A stretch of DNA of 64,000 nucleotides. Source: the human T2T-CHM13v2.0 reference genome, Homo sapiens. The DNA lies in the NCBI RefSeq assembly GCF_009914755.1, contig NC_060933.1; one strand, given 5' to 3'. The position numbers and the translations under genes were made by a program. Shown one piece after another: positions 40,815 through 59,899 of this stretch. Every line of letters begins with the position of its first letter. The first letter of the stretch is position 1. A model generated the notes under the pieces. That model was given only the letters and a program-made list of their open reading frames with translations, did not search any database and had not been told where the DNA came from.

Positions 40815-41575
40815 TTTAGACCTTGGGGATATGACAGTATACAAAACACAGCTCTCCCTCAAGCTTCTGTTTTAATGGGAGGAGACAGAAAATTTACTAA
40901 TAAGCAATATGACAGGTAGCAATAAGTGTTGTGAGTGCTTATTTTAGATAAAGTGATCAGAAACAAGCTTTTGTAATGATGGCCTTTGAAGAGAGACCTG
41001 AGGAAAGCAGATAAAGAGGTCAGGAAGGGACAGGAGTGCACATTCCAGGTAGAAGGGAAGGCAAGTGCAATAGTCCTGAGATGGCAGTTTGCTTCCCTTA
41101 TTCAATGAACAGCAATGATGTCAAGGTCATAGCTGAAGAGAAAGGAGTAAGGGAAAGAAGGCTGGGAGAGGAAGTCAGAGAAGGTTGGATGTGGTGGGAG
41201 TTGGTGTGTGTGTTGTGGTAGAGACCACAGATGGCCTCGCAGCCCGTGGGAAGGACTTTGGATTTTCCTCTAAATGAGATGGTAATCTGGTAGGTTTTAG
41301 GCAGAAAAATAACATGTATTAAAAGAACAATCTGCCTGCCATGTTGAGAAGAGACTACCAGGGGGCAGGGAAAAGGAGACCATTTAGGAGGCTACCGCAA
41401 TTGACCAGACAAGAGATGGTTGGATTCTGAATATATTTCAAAGGCAAAGCTAAGAGGGTTTGCTGAAGGATTGAATATGTTAACATAAGAGGAAGACAGA
41501 GTAAAGACGATGCCAAAGTTTTGCCCTGAACAACAGGAAGAAAGGAAGTATTATTTACTAAGACGGGGTACTGCA
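40815..41575 (-). mobile_element. L2a-like fragment
   Basis: ccaggtagaagggaaggcaagtgcaa...aaggactttggattt...ggattctgaatatatttcaaagg. Confidence 0.8.
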
Positions 41576-43494
41576 GTGGTCATTCATGAAATAAATACCT
41601 ACATTACATACAAAGGCATTAGAAAACTATATGATTGATTTTTTAAAAAAATCTTTTGATTTGGGGATGGCTTGGCATGACACCACTGGAAGAAAGCCTA
41701 AAGAAAAAGACTGATAGATTTAAATTAAACAACAATTTAAAATGCCTATAAATGAAAACAAGGAATGTGTTTTAAAAATTATAAACTGGGGAAAATATGC
41801 AATATGAAAATTATTTTTTGAACTATTTTAACGTGGTTTTCCTTTTTTGAGGATCCATCTAATTTGGGCGATAGTCAGGGATGATTAGGACTGTTAACAG
41901 CAGGAGCACAAGAGAAAGAAAGGAGTCAATGTTCAGCTTCTGACTGTCAAATGGCTTTGACTGGCAGGAAGGGGATTTCCTAAATTATCGGAGTTCTCAC
42001 TTACATAATCACTAGTTTGATCATAGAGTTTCATTACAAGTATAAAGTAGACAGCACTCAACAAAGCCCCTGCCACATAGGAAAGAGTGAAAGTCCATCC
42101 TTTCTTTTTCTAGCAGAGTTTTGAGAGAAAGGAAAGGATGAAATCAGACACCAGTGTCCTCACTTTCCTCCTCTTAGAGAAGAGGAAAACACCCAGAAAA
42201 GAAAAGGTGTCAGGGAAACTGAGAACCCTGGAGCTCATGGAGTGCTTTCTTGGGACTAGGGGAACCCCCAACTACACTTGAGCAATGTGATGTCCAACAA
42301 CGTATGAGAGCTGTAACACAGCACTGGCCGAGAGAGTGGCTGGATAGATGGCTTCCCACATTTGTGTGAGCCATACAGGGGCACCTGACATTAGCACATG
42401 CCTTCCCGTGGAGGACATAAGGACACTGAGGAGACTGGCAGACCAGTGCACGTGAATGCTGTTGAAACAAAGAGGCTGCAGTGATGAGATGTGTATAGGT
42501 TATTCCAAGATCTTGATAGTCTAAGTAGAGTTCCCTCCAGAATGCAGACAATAGGTTGTCTTTTCGAAGACTCATGTTTTCATTTTTTTTCTGTGGTTTT
42601 ATGGACATTTTAGTGAGACATGTGAATCTGCTTCAGGGAAGAGTATCCTTGTTGGCACACCAAAAAAAAAAAGAGACTAGGATAGCTTTACCCACCCTTA
42701 CTCCAATACCAGTAATCTCCATCACCCCTTATTCTTTGAGAGAAACAGCTGACTTTCTCAAACTTAGGTAAAGTGCTGTGTGAATCCAACTTTAGGCTTC
42801 CTTCCAACACTATTGCTGCCTCCAGGTTTTTTATACATAAAAATTTTGTAATCATCAGTGGCTAACCAAGTACCATTTTCATCTCTAAACCCTTAGAACA
42901 GGCACTTGAGCTTTGAAGTTTTCTTTTTTGAGGCAGAGAATAACAGGCTTCCATCCTTCTGTTGGTGAATTTTTTGATCCTATCTCTTCTGCAACAGGTT
43001 TGCTTCAGCTACTTTGAAATACCATCTTCCTCTCTAGGAATAAGGGCACTTATTTCAATCAGTCATTTACTTCTGATGGTACTTTCTTATGATTTCTCTG
43101 TTGTGCAGTAAGTATCTCAAAGAGAAATGTTGGAATATGTGACCACATGATCAAGAAATTTAGCCGTAAGTTCTAACTTAATGAATGCCTTAACAGCAAC
43201 ATGGTCGTCTTCTATTTCATTTTGGTAGGCAAATCTACACGTTATAATCTAAAATGGATCTCTGTAGCTACTCACTTCCTCTTTCAACCCCCCTTCTCCC
43301 ACATCTCATTATTGTTACTTTTGTTTTGCTCATTAGACACTTCTCTCCCCGTGTCCTCTAGTTCCATCTGAAATGTTCATTCTTTCTGTGTATGTGACTT
43401 CATCCACTGCATATAGCCTGTCTTCAAGCAACCTCTCCAAGGCTCCAATACCTGTATGAACTGCTTTTCAACACTAGTATTACTATTAAATATG

Positions 43495-43880
<386 letters not shown>

Positions 43881-45746
43881 CTAAAAAAAAAATACATAAG
43901 GTCCTTTTGTCCTCTCAATTCTTGGTTATTTGGTTCCTTCCTTCTTTTCTCCCTTCCTTTTTTCTATCCTTGGAACCTAATGGAACACACTGGGCTCACT
44001 TTCTGGGAGTCTTTCTTCCTCTTTTCCCCTTTCTTCATCTCTCTTTTCTCAGCCTCTCCCCATCTCCTCCTTTCCTGGTCTCCCCCAAATCCCTGCACCA
44101 CCACCCCTGCCCTGCCTTGGCCTGGCATTTAAGCGCATCATGGCAGTATGATAAGCATTACAAGTATCTGATATTCTTTATTTTAAAAAAGAAAAGAAAA
44201 CTAACTTGTGCAAGAGCTGCTGGATCAAAATCTCCCTTGAGCTTTGGACATGTAGACTACAGAATACAGAATGGTAACGAGCCAGGAAACCCGAAAGTAA
44301 GCACAGCTGGGATCCATAAAGTCCCCTCCCCTCTTTGATTCAGAGAGAAACATTAAAACAGCTGACCTCTTGCTCCAGCATTTCTTTTCTATCATCTGGA
44401 ATGTATGATAAATAGATATTTAAAAGCTGACATTGTCCTGGCACCTTTATCCTTCACCATAATTTTACTAGCTCATTATCTTTCAAGAAAGCTTCCATCC
44501 TATAGACCTTATGAAAAAAGGCTTAAATATTCCATGTGATACTAGAGTTCTGTGTTAGAAGAGTATGGAAAAAAATCTTTTTAAAAACTGTCAGCTGCAG
44601 AAGTGTAATACAGGCAAAGACTGTGGTTGTTTTATTAAAAATAGTTAAAACGCAACTAATTAGAAGGTTGTGGTCCTTTATTGCAATCTGTTACTGAAAA
44701 GTTACATGTTGATGAAATTATGGTTAGTAAAAGTATACTTAAATAGTATTGCCAGAGTCTGTAATTTAAAGAAATTGTGTAGTAATTTTTTGGTCAAGTA
44801 ATTAATTCTTTTTGACATGAAAATATCCATCCTATTGTGTCTTATTTTGTAAATTAAGGTTGACAAAAATTTATTTTTCTTAAAATAGAGGCATGTCTTT
44901 CACTGAGTGTTTTGTTTTAAAGGTTGAGATAAACACAAATGCTGCAAGTATGTTTACGTTGTATCAGAAACATGTTAATTATATGTAAGTTAACTCATGA
45001 GTATCACAGCTTATAAAAAACATTATGGGGAAAGTGGATTGAAAAATGTTAGTTTGCTTTAGAGTTGTCTCAGGTCATGAGGCTTCGTGATCCAGAAACT
45101 AGATACTTCTTTCATGTGAAAAAACTGTTTAATCATCCTCAGTTGGTTTTTAAAATAACGAATTCCATTTTTATTTGCAAAAGTTCACAAAGAAACCCAT
45201 TTGATTTACTGAATTTAAATAATTTATAGACATAGCTTTCCTAGAGATAGGAAGGAAAAAAATGTAACAACAGCACCCACTGAGAATTATCTTCCAAATA
45301 CCGCCTCTAAGTCTGGACTTCAGATCAAGATCTGGCAAACACACAGTACTGAAATTGTCAGCTCTCTGAAATAATCACAGCTCACTGTCAGTCAGAGGTT
45401 TTGCAATTGAATTAATGCACATTTCTCTCTTACGCAGCAATTCCCCTTTAATTCTTAGTCTTCTCACTCGCTTTTAAAAGAATTTTATTTCTGCCTATAC
45501 CTCTCTCAGCTGTACAAATCCACAACAGGAAATATAGTTAAGGCACTGAGACTAGTAGGGAAAAAAAAGTGTGTATATGAGAAAAAGAAGAGACAGGGAA
45601 AGAAAGCATCAACTTCTGAATAGCTTCAATATGCCCATCCCAAGTCTGATAAACATCCCTTTCATATTAAATATTGGCTGGAAGTACTTTTACATAAAGG
45701 AAAAGAGAAGACCTTTTTATGGTTTTGAAAGGTGATCACAAGATGA

Positions 45747-46128
<382 letters not shown>

Positions 46129-47807
46129 AGAAAACCCATTTTTTAAAAACTCAAATATATTCACAAATAAAAATAAGCCACTGGGTTTTAAAAGCCCTGG
46201 CCTGTGTTATGTGGAACATCAGGAACCAATTAAATTGCTCTCCCGTTCTTGTTTATCCTAAATAATACGGTCTTTTCCCTCCTCTGATTATACCAGCTTG
46301 TGTCCCTGTGGCAGGGATCTATTCTCTCACTCTCTACTAAAACCCTTTCTCCACAGCACATAAGAGTTGGAAAAGATCGAAAGCCTGCGTTTTATTATGC
46401 TAAGGAAAACTAGCTAAATATCCGTCTTATATCTTGTAATATTTTCTTCTGCCCCCAAAAGACAATTGGCAGTTGGTTAATGAGTTGGTGCGTTTGTATG
46501 TGAATCACAATATCCAACCGTTGACAATGATTCTGTTTTTCATTTGCTTAAACTTTTCACCTCCCTCCTGAGCTTATAATGGAACATATTCTTCATGTTC
46601 TGCTTTTAGTTTTCCTTTTTTAGGCTTGTGCGCATGATTCAGTTCTGAAGGGTAGAGAGCTAGACTTCGTGCCTTATTGTGAAATATGGACTATCAAGTG
46701 ACATCAATCCTTCCATTTACTGTTTGAGAGCACACCACTCAGCATGTCTGTTTCTTGTCTGACCACTGGGACCACAGCCTCAGTAAAGGTACTATGTCTC
46801 ATGTCTGCCATCAACAAATTTACATATCTGCCCCTGGGGTATATTCCTAGGAGCGGGGTGGATATTACCCATTGGAAAGAGCTACCAGTTAAGTTCATAA
46901 AACCACAAGTCACATGGCTCTTGACTTGTACAATACACAGGCATGGTCATCCTTGTATATTTTCCTATAAAAAACAAATGGAGAAAGAGAAGGAGTTTGA
47001 GCCAGTGCCCGTTTGCATCTGTCCAGCGTGAATAATACCACACGAGTCTCAGAGTGCTTAGATAAGCTTGACCTCTCCCAAGAAAAGAGACTTTTTGAAG
47101 CTTCTATTCTGTGTGAATCTGAATCAGTGAGCTCAATGTTTAATGTCTTGTTAATGTCCAATTATGCCAGAAAATGACAGATGAAATATTATCTCAAAGT
47201 TGGAAAAAATAGCTTTCTTATTATAGCCACAAGATTCCAAAAGCTTAGCTCCACCATCCCAGTGGCCCATCAAGAAACACTTTTTCATTAATAAATACTT
47301 ACACTGTTCTACTCAGATCATCTAAGTGCCTGTCCTTTCCTATTATACAATATCTTATGGTTTTTTTCTATCTAATTAGACCACCGGATTAAATTATGTA
47401 CCTTCAGGGACAGTTGATTGGTCATCTGCCTTGCTATCTCCATGATAGGGCTACTTTTTACACATTTCTAGGAAACAGAAAGGAATAGTTGCCTTTTTAG
47501 AAACTGCCTAGTGATGTGGCATCACCAGATCTATTCAGGTTACCTAGTAGACATCATTCAAACTTGAGTGGTGACGAAGTGTAATTGAGGTGGGGGGAGG
47601 CAGGTATCAAACCAGGGAAATAAATAAAACCCCTAAATTTGGCCAAATCTCTTCATCGAAGATGACACCTAACCTGTAAGCCTCAGTGTTCTAAACTATT
47701 AAAAGGATAGCAGAAAATTAACATCCACTGAGTAGCTACAATGTTCCATACACTTCAGAGAATTGCTTCAATTTTATTCACACAAAATTCTTGCAAAAGA
47801 CTTTCTG

Positions 47808-48311
<504 letters not shown>

Positions 48312-48877
48312 TTAATTTCTCCAGGGCCACTAAAGGTGGCAGGGCCAAGATTTGCATCTATATGAACTGGCTTCAAAGGTGTTGCCTCCCTGAAAATACC
48401 TGTACAAAAATGTTATGCTCAGTGCATAGTTCATGCTTGGTAAATGTGCTTTTTCCTTCCAAAGTCCCTTTGAGCTTTGAAATACAGATTCTATGATAAA
48501 TTCTAAGTTTCAGACCTATTCATTAATGCAAATCATGAAGTTCACTGTGCACATATAGCTTGGCACTATCTGCTGAATTCCACTTTTAATTCTCACCATG
48601 CTACTCCCTCTTTCAACATCATCATTTCTCTCAGACTAAATTTCTTGTTACCCTCATATTCCATTGTTCCCACATTTCCATCTTTGGCTTTAGTAAGGTT
48701 ATGCTCTACCCTTTAATACCATTTGCAAGGTTCTGACCCATTTTTTATATGCTAAGAGCTCTTGAAATTTCAGCTTTTGTTAGAGGTATTTTCTGAAAAA
48801 GTTAAAATAAGGATAGTAATTCCTTGATGCCTTACCACCTAGTTAACAACTTATTTTCATTAAGCAAGTTATATTCA

Positions 48878-49152
48878 GGCTGGGAGTGGTGGCTCACGCA
48901 TGTAATCCGAGCACTTTGGGAGGCCGAGGTGTTCGAGACCAGCCTGGCCATCATGGCGAAACCCCGTCTCTACTGAAAATACAAAAATTAGCTGGGCATG
49001 GTAATGCACGCCTGTAATCACAGCTACCTGGGAGGCTGAGGCACAAAAATTTCTTGAACTGGGGAGGCAGAAGTTGCAGTGAGCTGAGATGGCACTACTG
49101 TACTCCAGCCTGGGCGACACAGTGAGACTCTGTCTCCAAAAAAAAAAAAAAA
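48878..49152 (+). mobile_element. AluS with left-arm deletion
   Basis: gaggccgaggt joined to gttcgagacc; TSD ttatattca. Confidence 0.88.
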
Positions 49153-49174
49153 TTTATATTCAAATGAAATAATG

Positions 49175-49376
49175 TGATATGCTATATACACTATGATGTA
49201 TGTGTATATACCATATATGTAGTGTAATATATACCATTAATATTATAATATATACTATCATAGTATATTATTCTATATAGAATATGGAATATTCTATTTT
49301 ATTTAAATATAATTTGTATAAGATGTATACACTATATAATTTGATTAAGATATATATAAAATATATATATATATAC
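49175..49376. repeat. AT-rich / (TA)n low-complexity tract
   Basis: Directly visible. Confidence 0.8.
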
Positions 49377-49964
49377 CTTGTGAGCTACTTTGTTTGGATT
49401 TCTGTGTTTGTGGGTGTCTATGATAACGCTGTTCTCTCAGGCTGATGGTTCATGAATGTTTATGAATCTAAACAGTTACTGTTAAAACTGAAATAGTACC
49501 CTGGTTTGGACATACGTTGTCATAATACAGCACTATATTCTTCTACATGCCATAGAATAAAAATTATCATTTTAATATGAGAGATAGTTTGATTATAATA
49601 ATTTAATGTCAATATTTGGGGAAACTCCTTAGGTGGCCAATAGGCTTTTTAGAAGAGACATATTAATAATCAAACTTAAGTTGTTTGTATTGCTGTAAGA
49701 TAAATATCTTTCTTTGCCTCACAACTTCAGGAGAGCCTGCTATGCACATATTAAGGGGAGAAAGCAAGGTTGTCATGGAAGAGAGAGAAGAGATCAGCCA
49801 TAGGAAAAGTGATGCAGTCAATTTTGGAACAAGAAGTACTCTTGAGAATATAAGTGAAACCATGGGCTAAAATCTGTATTTCCCAAGTCCTTGGGATATG
49901 GGCCATGAGTTGAGATTCTTAGATTTTATGTAAGTTTTCAAGGACAAGGGGACGGGGTAATTCC

Positions 49965-50742
49965 TTTTTTTATTTTAAGTTCCAGGATACGTGCACAGGA
50001 TATGCAGGTTTGTTACATAGGTAAACGTGTGCCATGGTGGTTTGCTGCACAGATCAACACAGCACCAAGGTGTTAATCCCCACATGCAATTAGCTATTTA
50101 TCCTGATGCTCTCCCTACCTCCACCCCCACCAGCAGGCCTCAGCGTGTGTTGTTCCTCTCCTTGTGTCCATGTGTTCTCATTGTTCAGCTCCCACTTATG
50201 AATAAGAACATGTGGTGTTTGGTTTTCTGTTCCTGCATTAGTTTGCTGAGGATATGGCTTCTAGCTCCATCCATGTCCCTACAAAGGACATGATCTCATT
50301 CCTTTTCATAGCTGCTTAGTATTCCATGGTATATATGTACTACATTTTCTTTATCTAGTCTGTTATTGATGGGCATTAGGCTGATTCCATGTCTTTGCTA
50401 TTGTGAATAGTGCTGCAATAAACATATGCGTGCATGTGTCCTTATAATAGAATGATTTATATTCCTTTGGGTATATAACCAGTAATGGGATTGCTGGGTC
50501 AAATGGTATTTCTGGTTCTAGATCCTTGAGGAATCACCCCACTGTCTTCCACAATGGTTGAACTAATTTACATTCCCACCAACAGTGTAAAAGTGTTCCT
50601 ATTTCTCCACAGCCTCGCCAGCATCTGTTGTTTCTTGACTTTTTAATAACCACCATTCTGACTAGCATGAGATGGTATCTCATTGTGGTTTTGATACGCA
50701 TCTCTCTAATTATCAGTGATGTTGAACTTTTTTCATATGTTT
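49965..50742 (-). mobile_element. L1PA 3' end (L1PA10-like)
   Basis: gcacagatcaac...tagctatttatcctgatgctctccc; TSD gggtaatt. Confidence 0.88.
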
Positions 50743-50918
50743 AAGTTCCGACATGGGTAATTTCTGCTGTTATTTAGGTCGTATTTATTTCAAAGCATTC
50801 TGGGTATGAACCAACAACATCTTTAGGGTAGTATAAAAGACAGAAGGTACTACTGCAGCATTGCTAAAATGTTTCTCTTTCTTTAAAAAATCCTCTTGTT
50901 CTTCTCTCTAGTCTAAGT

Positions 50919-51137
50919 CAAGGGTTGACAAGCCATGGCTGGTAGGCTAATTCTGGCCTGTGGATTGTTTTTGTAAACAGTTTTACCAAAACACAGCCAC
51001 TCTCACTTATTTATATATTGTCTGTGGCCGTTTTTGCACTACAATGGCAGAGTTGAGTAGTTGCAACATAGACTATAAGGCCTGCAAAGCCTAAAATATT
51101 TACTGTCTGGTCTTTACAAAAAGTTTGCTAACCTCTG
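50919..51137. mobile_element. MER58A
   Basis: aacacagccac...ctacaatggcagagttgagtagttgcaac...aagcctaaaatatttact. Confidence 0.88.
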
Positions 51138-51145
51138 CTCTAGAT

Positions 51146-51322
51146 CAATTATTCACAAACCTGATTGTGCATTAAAATCCCTTGAGAAGCTTTGGAATAA
51201 TACCAGCTCCTAGATCCCAACCACAGAGATACTGATTTAATTTGTTCTAGGGTAGTATTTAGACATCAGCATTTTCTATAACTCTCCAAGTGATTCCAAT
51301 ATGTAGGCAGGGAGAATCATTA
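51146..51322. mobile_element. MER5A-like
   Basis: gcattaaaatccc...agagatactgatttaatt...caagtgattccaatatg. Confidence 0.7.
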
Positions 51323-52009
51323 TTCTAAATATTTTTTAGCTCACTAGTAAAGGAAAGTTGAAGGATCATCTTCTAATTGCATATGTTCCAGATTTTAACT
51401 AACCCACAAAATGTATATTCAGTGACTTTATTTGATGAATATAAAAATCTGGAAAGGGACTTTTTGACTAATAATTCTTTTCTCAATGGCCACAAACCAA
51501 TAAAATGCTCCATTTTCATTTAAAACACACATGCACCGTCAGTATAGGTGGCAAGAATTTCCTCTTCTGCTGGGAAACATTCTCAGGTTCAACCTGCTAC
51601 CAAGACTCAGATATAAAGCAGTTTCCAAATATAGGTTGAGGGTTCAAATTGGGCAGCCAAAAAATTACAAACATCTGCTATGATATTGTAAAACAAATTA
51701 TTACAAAAGGAAAAGAAAGAAAAAAACAAGTTCAGAGTTACTCTTCTACCTAATAAAAAAGAAGCATTTCTAGAATTCAGATTCTTTTTGAGTAAAGTTC
51801 AAAAGAGTGTAACATTATAATATGAATTCATTTAATATTTTCTAATTTCAATATCTAACAACTAGTTCATGTAACCTACATTTTCTAGAAATTATTAACA
51901 TGTAAAAATCACATCTCCTGATATGATCAACTTAAAACCATCTAGATTATTTTCTTGCTTGATGGCAGAGTCTCTTCAATAGAAACTTCTCTTCTATAAC
52001 AAAAGCATC

Positions 52010-52424
52010 TGTATTATGTCATTCTTGAATTGCCATAAAGAAATACCTGAGACTGGGTAATTTATAAGAAGTTTAATTGACTCATGGTTCTGCGGGTTGT
52101 ATAGGAGGCATAGTGCCAATTTTAGCTTTTGGGGAGGCCTCAGGAAACTTCTAATCATAGCAGAAGGTGAAGAGGGAACAGGCATCTCACATGGCGGCAG
52201 CAGAAGCAAAAGAGAGAGGGAGAGGAAGTTGCCACACACTTTACAACAACTAGATCCCACAAGAACTCACTATTGCAAGAGCAGCACCAAGAGGATGGTG
52301 CTAAATCATTTATGAGAAATCCACCCTCATGCTCCAATCACCTCCCACCCAGCCCCCTATCTCCAACACTGGGGATTGCATTTCAACGTGAGATTCAGAG
52401 GAAACACATATTTAAAGCCTATCA
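52010..52424 (-). mobile_element. MSTA/MSTB solo LTR
   Basis: aatacctgagactgggtaatttata motif; flanks gcatc / gcttc. Confidence 0.88.
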
Positions 52425-52756
52425 GCTTCAGGATAAAATAGTCAGACTTAAAGATACTTCCAAAAGTCTAGGTTATTCTGACTGAATTAGCACCATGAGT
52501 TTCCAAGTATGATCTCTGAGAGACTTTTATCATATCATTGCTTTTGGTCTTTCCTAGTCCTATACCCCACTCCCAGTGAGTGGCCTGTGGATAACTATGA
52601 AAGCACACATACACACACTTCATAAGAATAATAAATAAATTTAAGAAACAGTACAGTCTAAATCATATTTAGAAAAGCAACATTTTCTTAAAGGTTACAA
52701 AATCTGCAAAGATCCAACTCTATCCTCAATGATGTCAAAAGGAATAGCAGAGTACT

Positions 52757-53161
<405 letters not shown>

Positions 53162-54001
53162 CTAATTCCCACCATACACACACACACAAAACCAAAGAAC
53201 TGCTGGAAGTTTTGAACTGACAATGTTTTAGTCAGGAATCAAGCCCTGGAACTATGGGATTCCCCTTCCCTCAGCAGCCTTTCAGCAAGAAATAACTTTT
53301 AGCCGTACTCTTGGCCTGGAAAGGAGAGCGAAAGCCTGATATGAAGACAGCAGATGATTTTTTTTCTCCTTACGTAGCAAATCTCACAGGTTGTCACTTC
53401 TTTCCCCCCTGTTAAGTGTATTCTTATACCAAGACATTTATTTCCCCACAGGTCTATATCCCTATTTCCTCCCACGGCCATAGAATGTGTAAGAAAAGTA
53501 ACTTTCTCAAATTTGACCTGTGCTGCTATGATATTCTTGTTTTTGTACTTCCACCATTTTACCTAGCAGTTATTAGAATTTGTTAGTGGGGAAGACAGTA
53601 AAAGTATGCTTCTGGTAGGATGGAAAGGAAATCCTACAACTCTCTCTGGACTGTCCATGAACTGAAAATTCTCCAAAAGATGTCTACTTTTGGTTATTTT
53701 TACTTATTTTTAAGGATTCCATCTCTGTTGCCCTAAGGGAATAACATTTATATTGACCTTTTGAAAGTTGTGATTTAGCTCCCACCCTAAGCTGAAGAAA
53801 GGAAAAGAAAGAAAAACAAAGGAAACCTGGAACCTGTTAGTATTTTTCTTTCTTCATCAAATTTTTCTCTTACTCACTTCCTCTTCTTGCTTACTGGGGA
53901 TTATAATCCAAGCCCTGCTCACGGGGACTGGTCCTTGACTACAAGAGACAGCCCTGCACTATGCACATTCATCGTTACAACACCAAAGAATTATTAGATG
54001 T

Positions 54002-54299
<298 letters not shown>

Positions 54300-54415
54300 T
54301 CATTAGATTTTTAGAGTGAGTTCCTCTTCTTAGTGTAAAGGCATCTCTCTATTTCCTGAAAACAAAAAATGCTAAATCATACCTGAGAGTGAACCCAGTC
54401 CTACATACTTCCCCA

Positions 54416-54556
54416 GGCCGAGTGCAGTGGTGGCTCATTCTTGTAATCCCAGCACTGTCGGGGCTGGGGCAGGAGGATCACTTGAGTACAAGAATTTGAG
54501 AGCAGCCTGGGCAACATAGTGAGACCCATCTCAAACAAGCAAACAAACAAACAAAT
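54416..54556 (+). mobile_element. FLAM_C-like monomer with (CAAA)n tail
   Basis: Single monomer with cagcctgggcaacatagtgagaccc. Confidence 0.8.
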
Positions 54557-55060
54557 AATCCTCAACTTGCTTCTACAAAGCTCTGTTACTGCAGAGAGTA
54601 AGAATCTAACTTTCTCATCCCCAATCTTATTCTCTCAGAGGCAGATCATGGGGAAATATTAAAGACAGTCCTCCTTTGCTCTAGGGTAGAAAATCAGGAC
54701 ACATCAAAATCTCACTACTAGGAAACTTTGGTGGGGCAGCGAATTCTCTGGATACTTGCAGTTTCAGATACCAGATTTAGTAGGGAGTACTCTTGTGTTG
54801 TGGGAAGAGAGTAAATTTTATATTAAAAACTATTCTAATGCACATAGTCCTCATTTGAACACTCAAATAAGTTTAGATTATTTCTAAATTGGCATTTACA
54901 GTGCATGTAATTCCTAGCTTATCAATCATTGTCCTCACTATGACAAATTTACTTTCCACTTACTGCTGTTTCTCTTAGTGACCGGTTTTTAGCAATAATG
55001 TATCTACTTAATTCTTGTTTATATAAAATTGTTGTCATCTCTAATAGAATTATTTCACAA

Positions 55061-55382
55061 GCTAGGAAGGGGATGGGAGAGGGTGAGATAAAGACAGATT
55101 GATTATTGGGTACAAAAATACAGTTAGATAGAAGAAATAAGCCTACTGTTTGATGAAGCAGTAGAGTGACTATAGTAAAAAATAATTAATTGTGTATTTC
55201 AAAATAGCCAGTAGAAAATAATTAAAATGTTCCCAACATTAGGAAAAGAGAAATGTTTTAGGTGAAGGATATCACAATTACCCTGATTTGATTGTTTTAT
55301 ATTATATGAACATATCAAAATATTACATACACCCTGAAAATATGTACATTATGTATCAATAAAATAAAATAAAATAAAATGA
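55061..55382 (+). mobile_element. L1MA 3' end (L1MA4A/5-like)
   Basis: gggtacaaaaatacagttagatagaagaaataag...aattaccctgatttgatt. Confidence 0.82.
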
Positions 55383-55439
55383 ATTCTTTTACAGATTTTT
55401 CAGAAGGCAAGTAACTATCTTAAAGTGAATGAAATAACA

Positions 55440-55620
55440 TGGCTAATTCTAACATTGACTAGTTATGTGACCTTGAAAAGTTATTATTCAAAATGCACTT
55501 CTATTCATTCAAAATGGATGGGATAAGAGTACCTACCCCACAGTGTTGCTGTGAGGATTATGTGAGGTGACATATATGTGACACTAACTAGCATATAACA
55601 GCTGCCCAATAAATATAGTT
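55440..55620 (+). mobile_element. MIR
   Basis: tatgtgaccttg...gttgctgtgaggatta. Confidence 0.65.
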
Positions 55621-55625
55621 TCCTA

Positions 55626-56000
<375 letters not shown>

Positions 56001-56509
56001 TTATTATCTGACCTCCTTAAATCTCATGACTCATTTATTCATTCTCAGACCTAGAAATGTATTTTTACTCTGCCCCTCAAGCCCATAGTTACCCTCCCAG
56101 TGTCTTCAAACTTTTGCTGTCACCACTGTGTTAACATCATTTCCACAAGTTCCCTGTGGCCACTACTCCATGCCCCTCAACATCTTCTGCTTGCCACATT
56201 TTCTAACTCAGTAACCTTTCTCATCCTCTTTTGGGGGAATTCCGGGCTTTAGCCACAGTCAATCTGCCCTACATAGCATTTCCTATTGCACATACCTATT
56301 ACAACTTCTGCAGTTCAATTTCCAGAGAGGAGGTGGGGGAAATGTGGCCCTTAGGGAAACAAAAAAGAACAAAGAAAAAAGATAATGTAGGCAATTAGGG
56401 GAAGCTAACAAGTAGCTCAATCTAGTTGGGAAACCCTATATTGGGAGTTAAGTGCAGTGTTCATGGAGAACCAAGAAATCATCTTCATTCTCCACTCCAA
56501 GTTCTTCTC

Positions 56510-56740
56510 CAATTTCAGCAATATATGGCAGGACTTTTTGAGTTCTTACTATGTGTGAGCCACTGAGTATTTCACACAGATTATCTCATTTCCTTTTTAA
56601 CTAATTCTAGAAATAGAAACATTTATTATCACATCCTTATTTTACAGATGTTGAAATTGAAGCTTAGAAAGATGCTCAAGGTCACACAGCCAGGGACTGA
56701 CAATCTGGCTCTAGCACCTGTTAACTACCCTCTGCTCTAC
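56510..56740 (-). mobile_element. MIR
   Basis: tattttacagatgttgaaattgaagcttag...caaggtcacacagc. Confidence 0.75.
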
Positions 56741-56777
56741 TCTCAAAGGTCAGGGTTAACTACAGCTTCCAGGCTAA

Positions 56778-57120
<343 letters not shown>

Positions 57121-57140
57121 TTACCTAACCAGCTTTTCTT

Positions 57141-59803
<2,663 letters not shown>

Positions 59804-59899
59804 GGACACTGAGGTTCTTCCTGGTGCGTGTTAAGGAGGCCGGGAAAAAGGACATGGCAGAGATAAGAGTTACTGCCCTAGCTCCAAGGCACCAAAATT

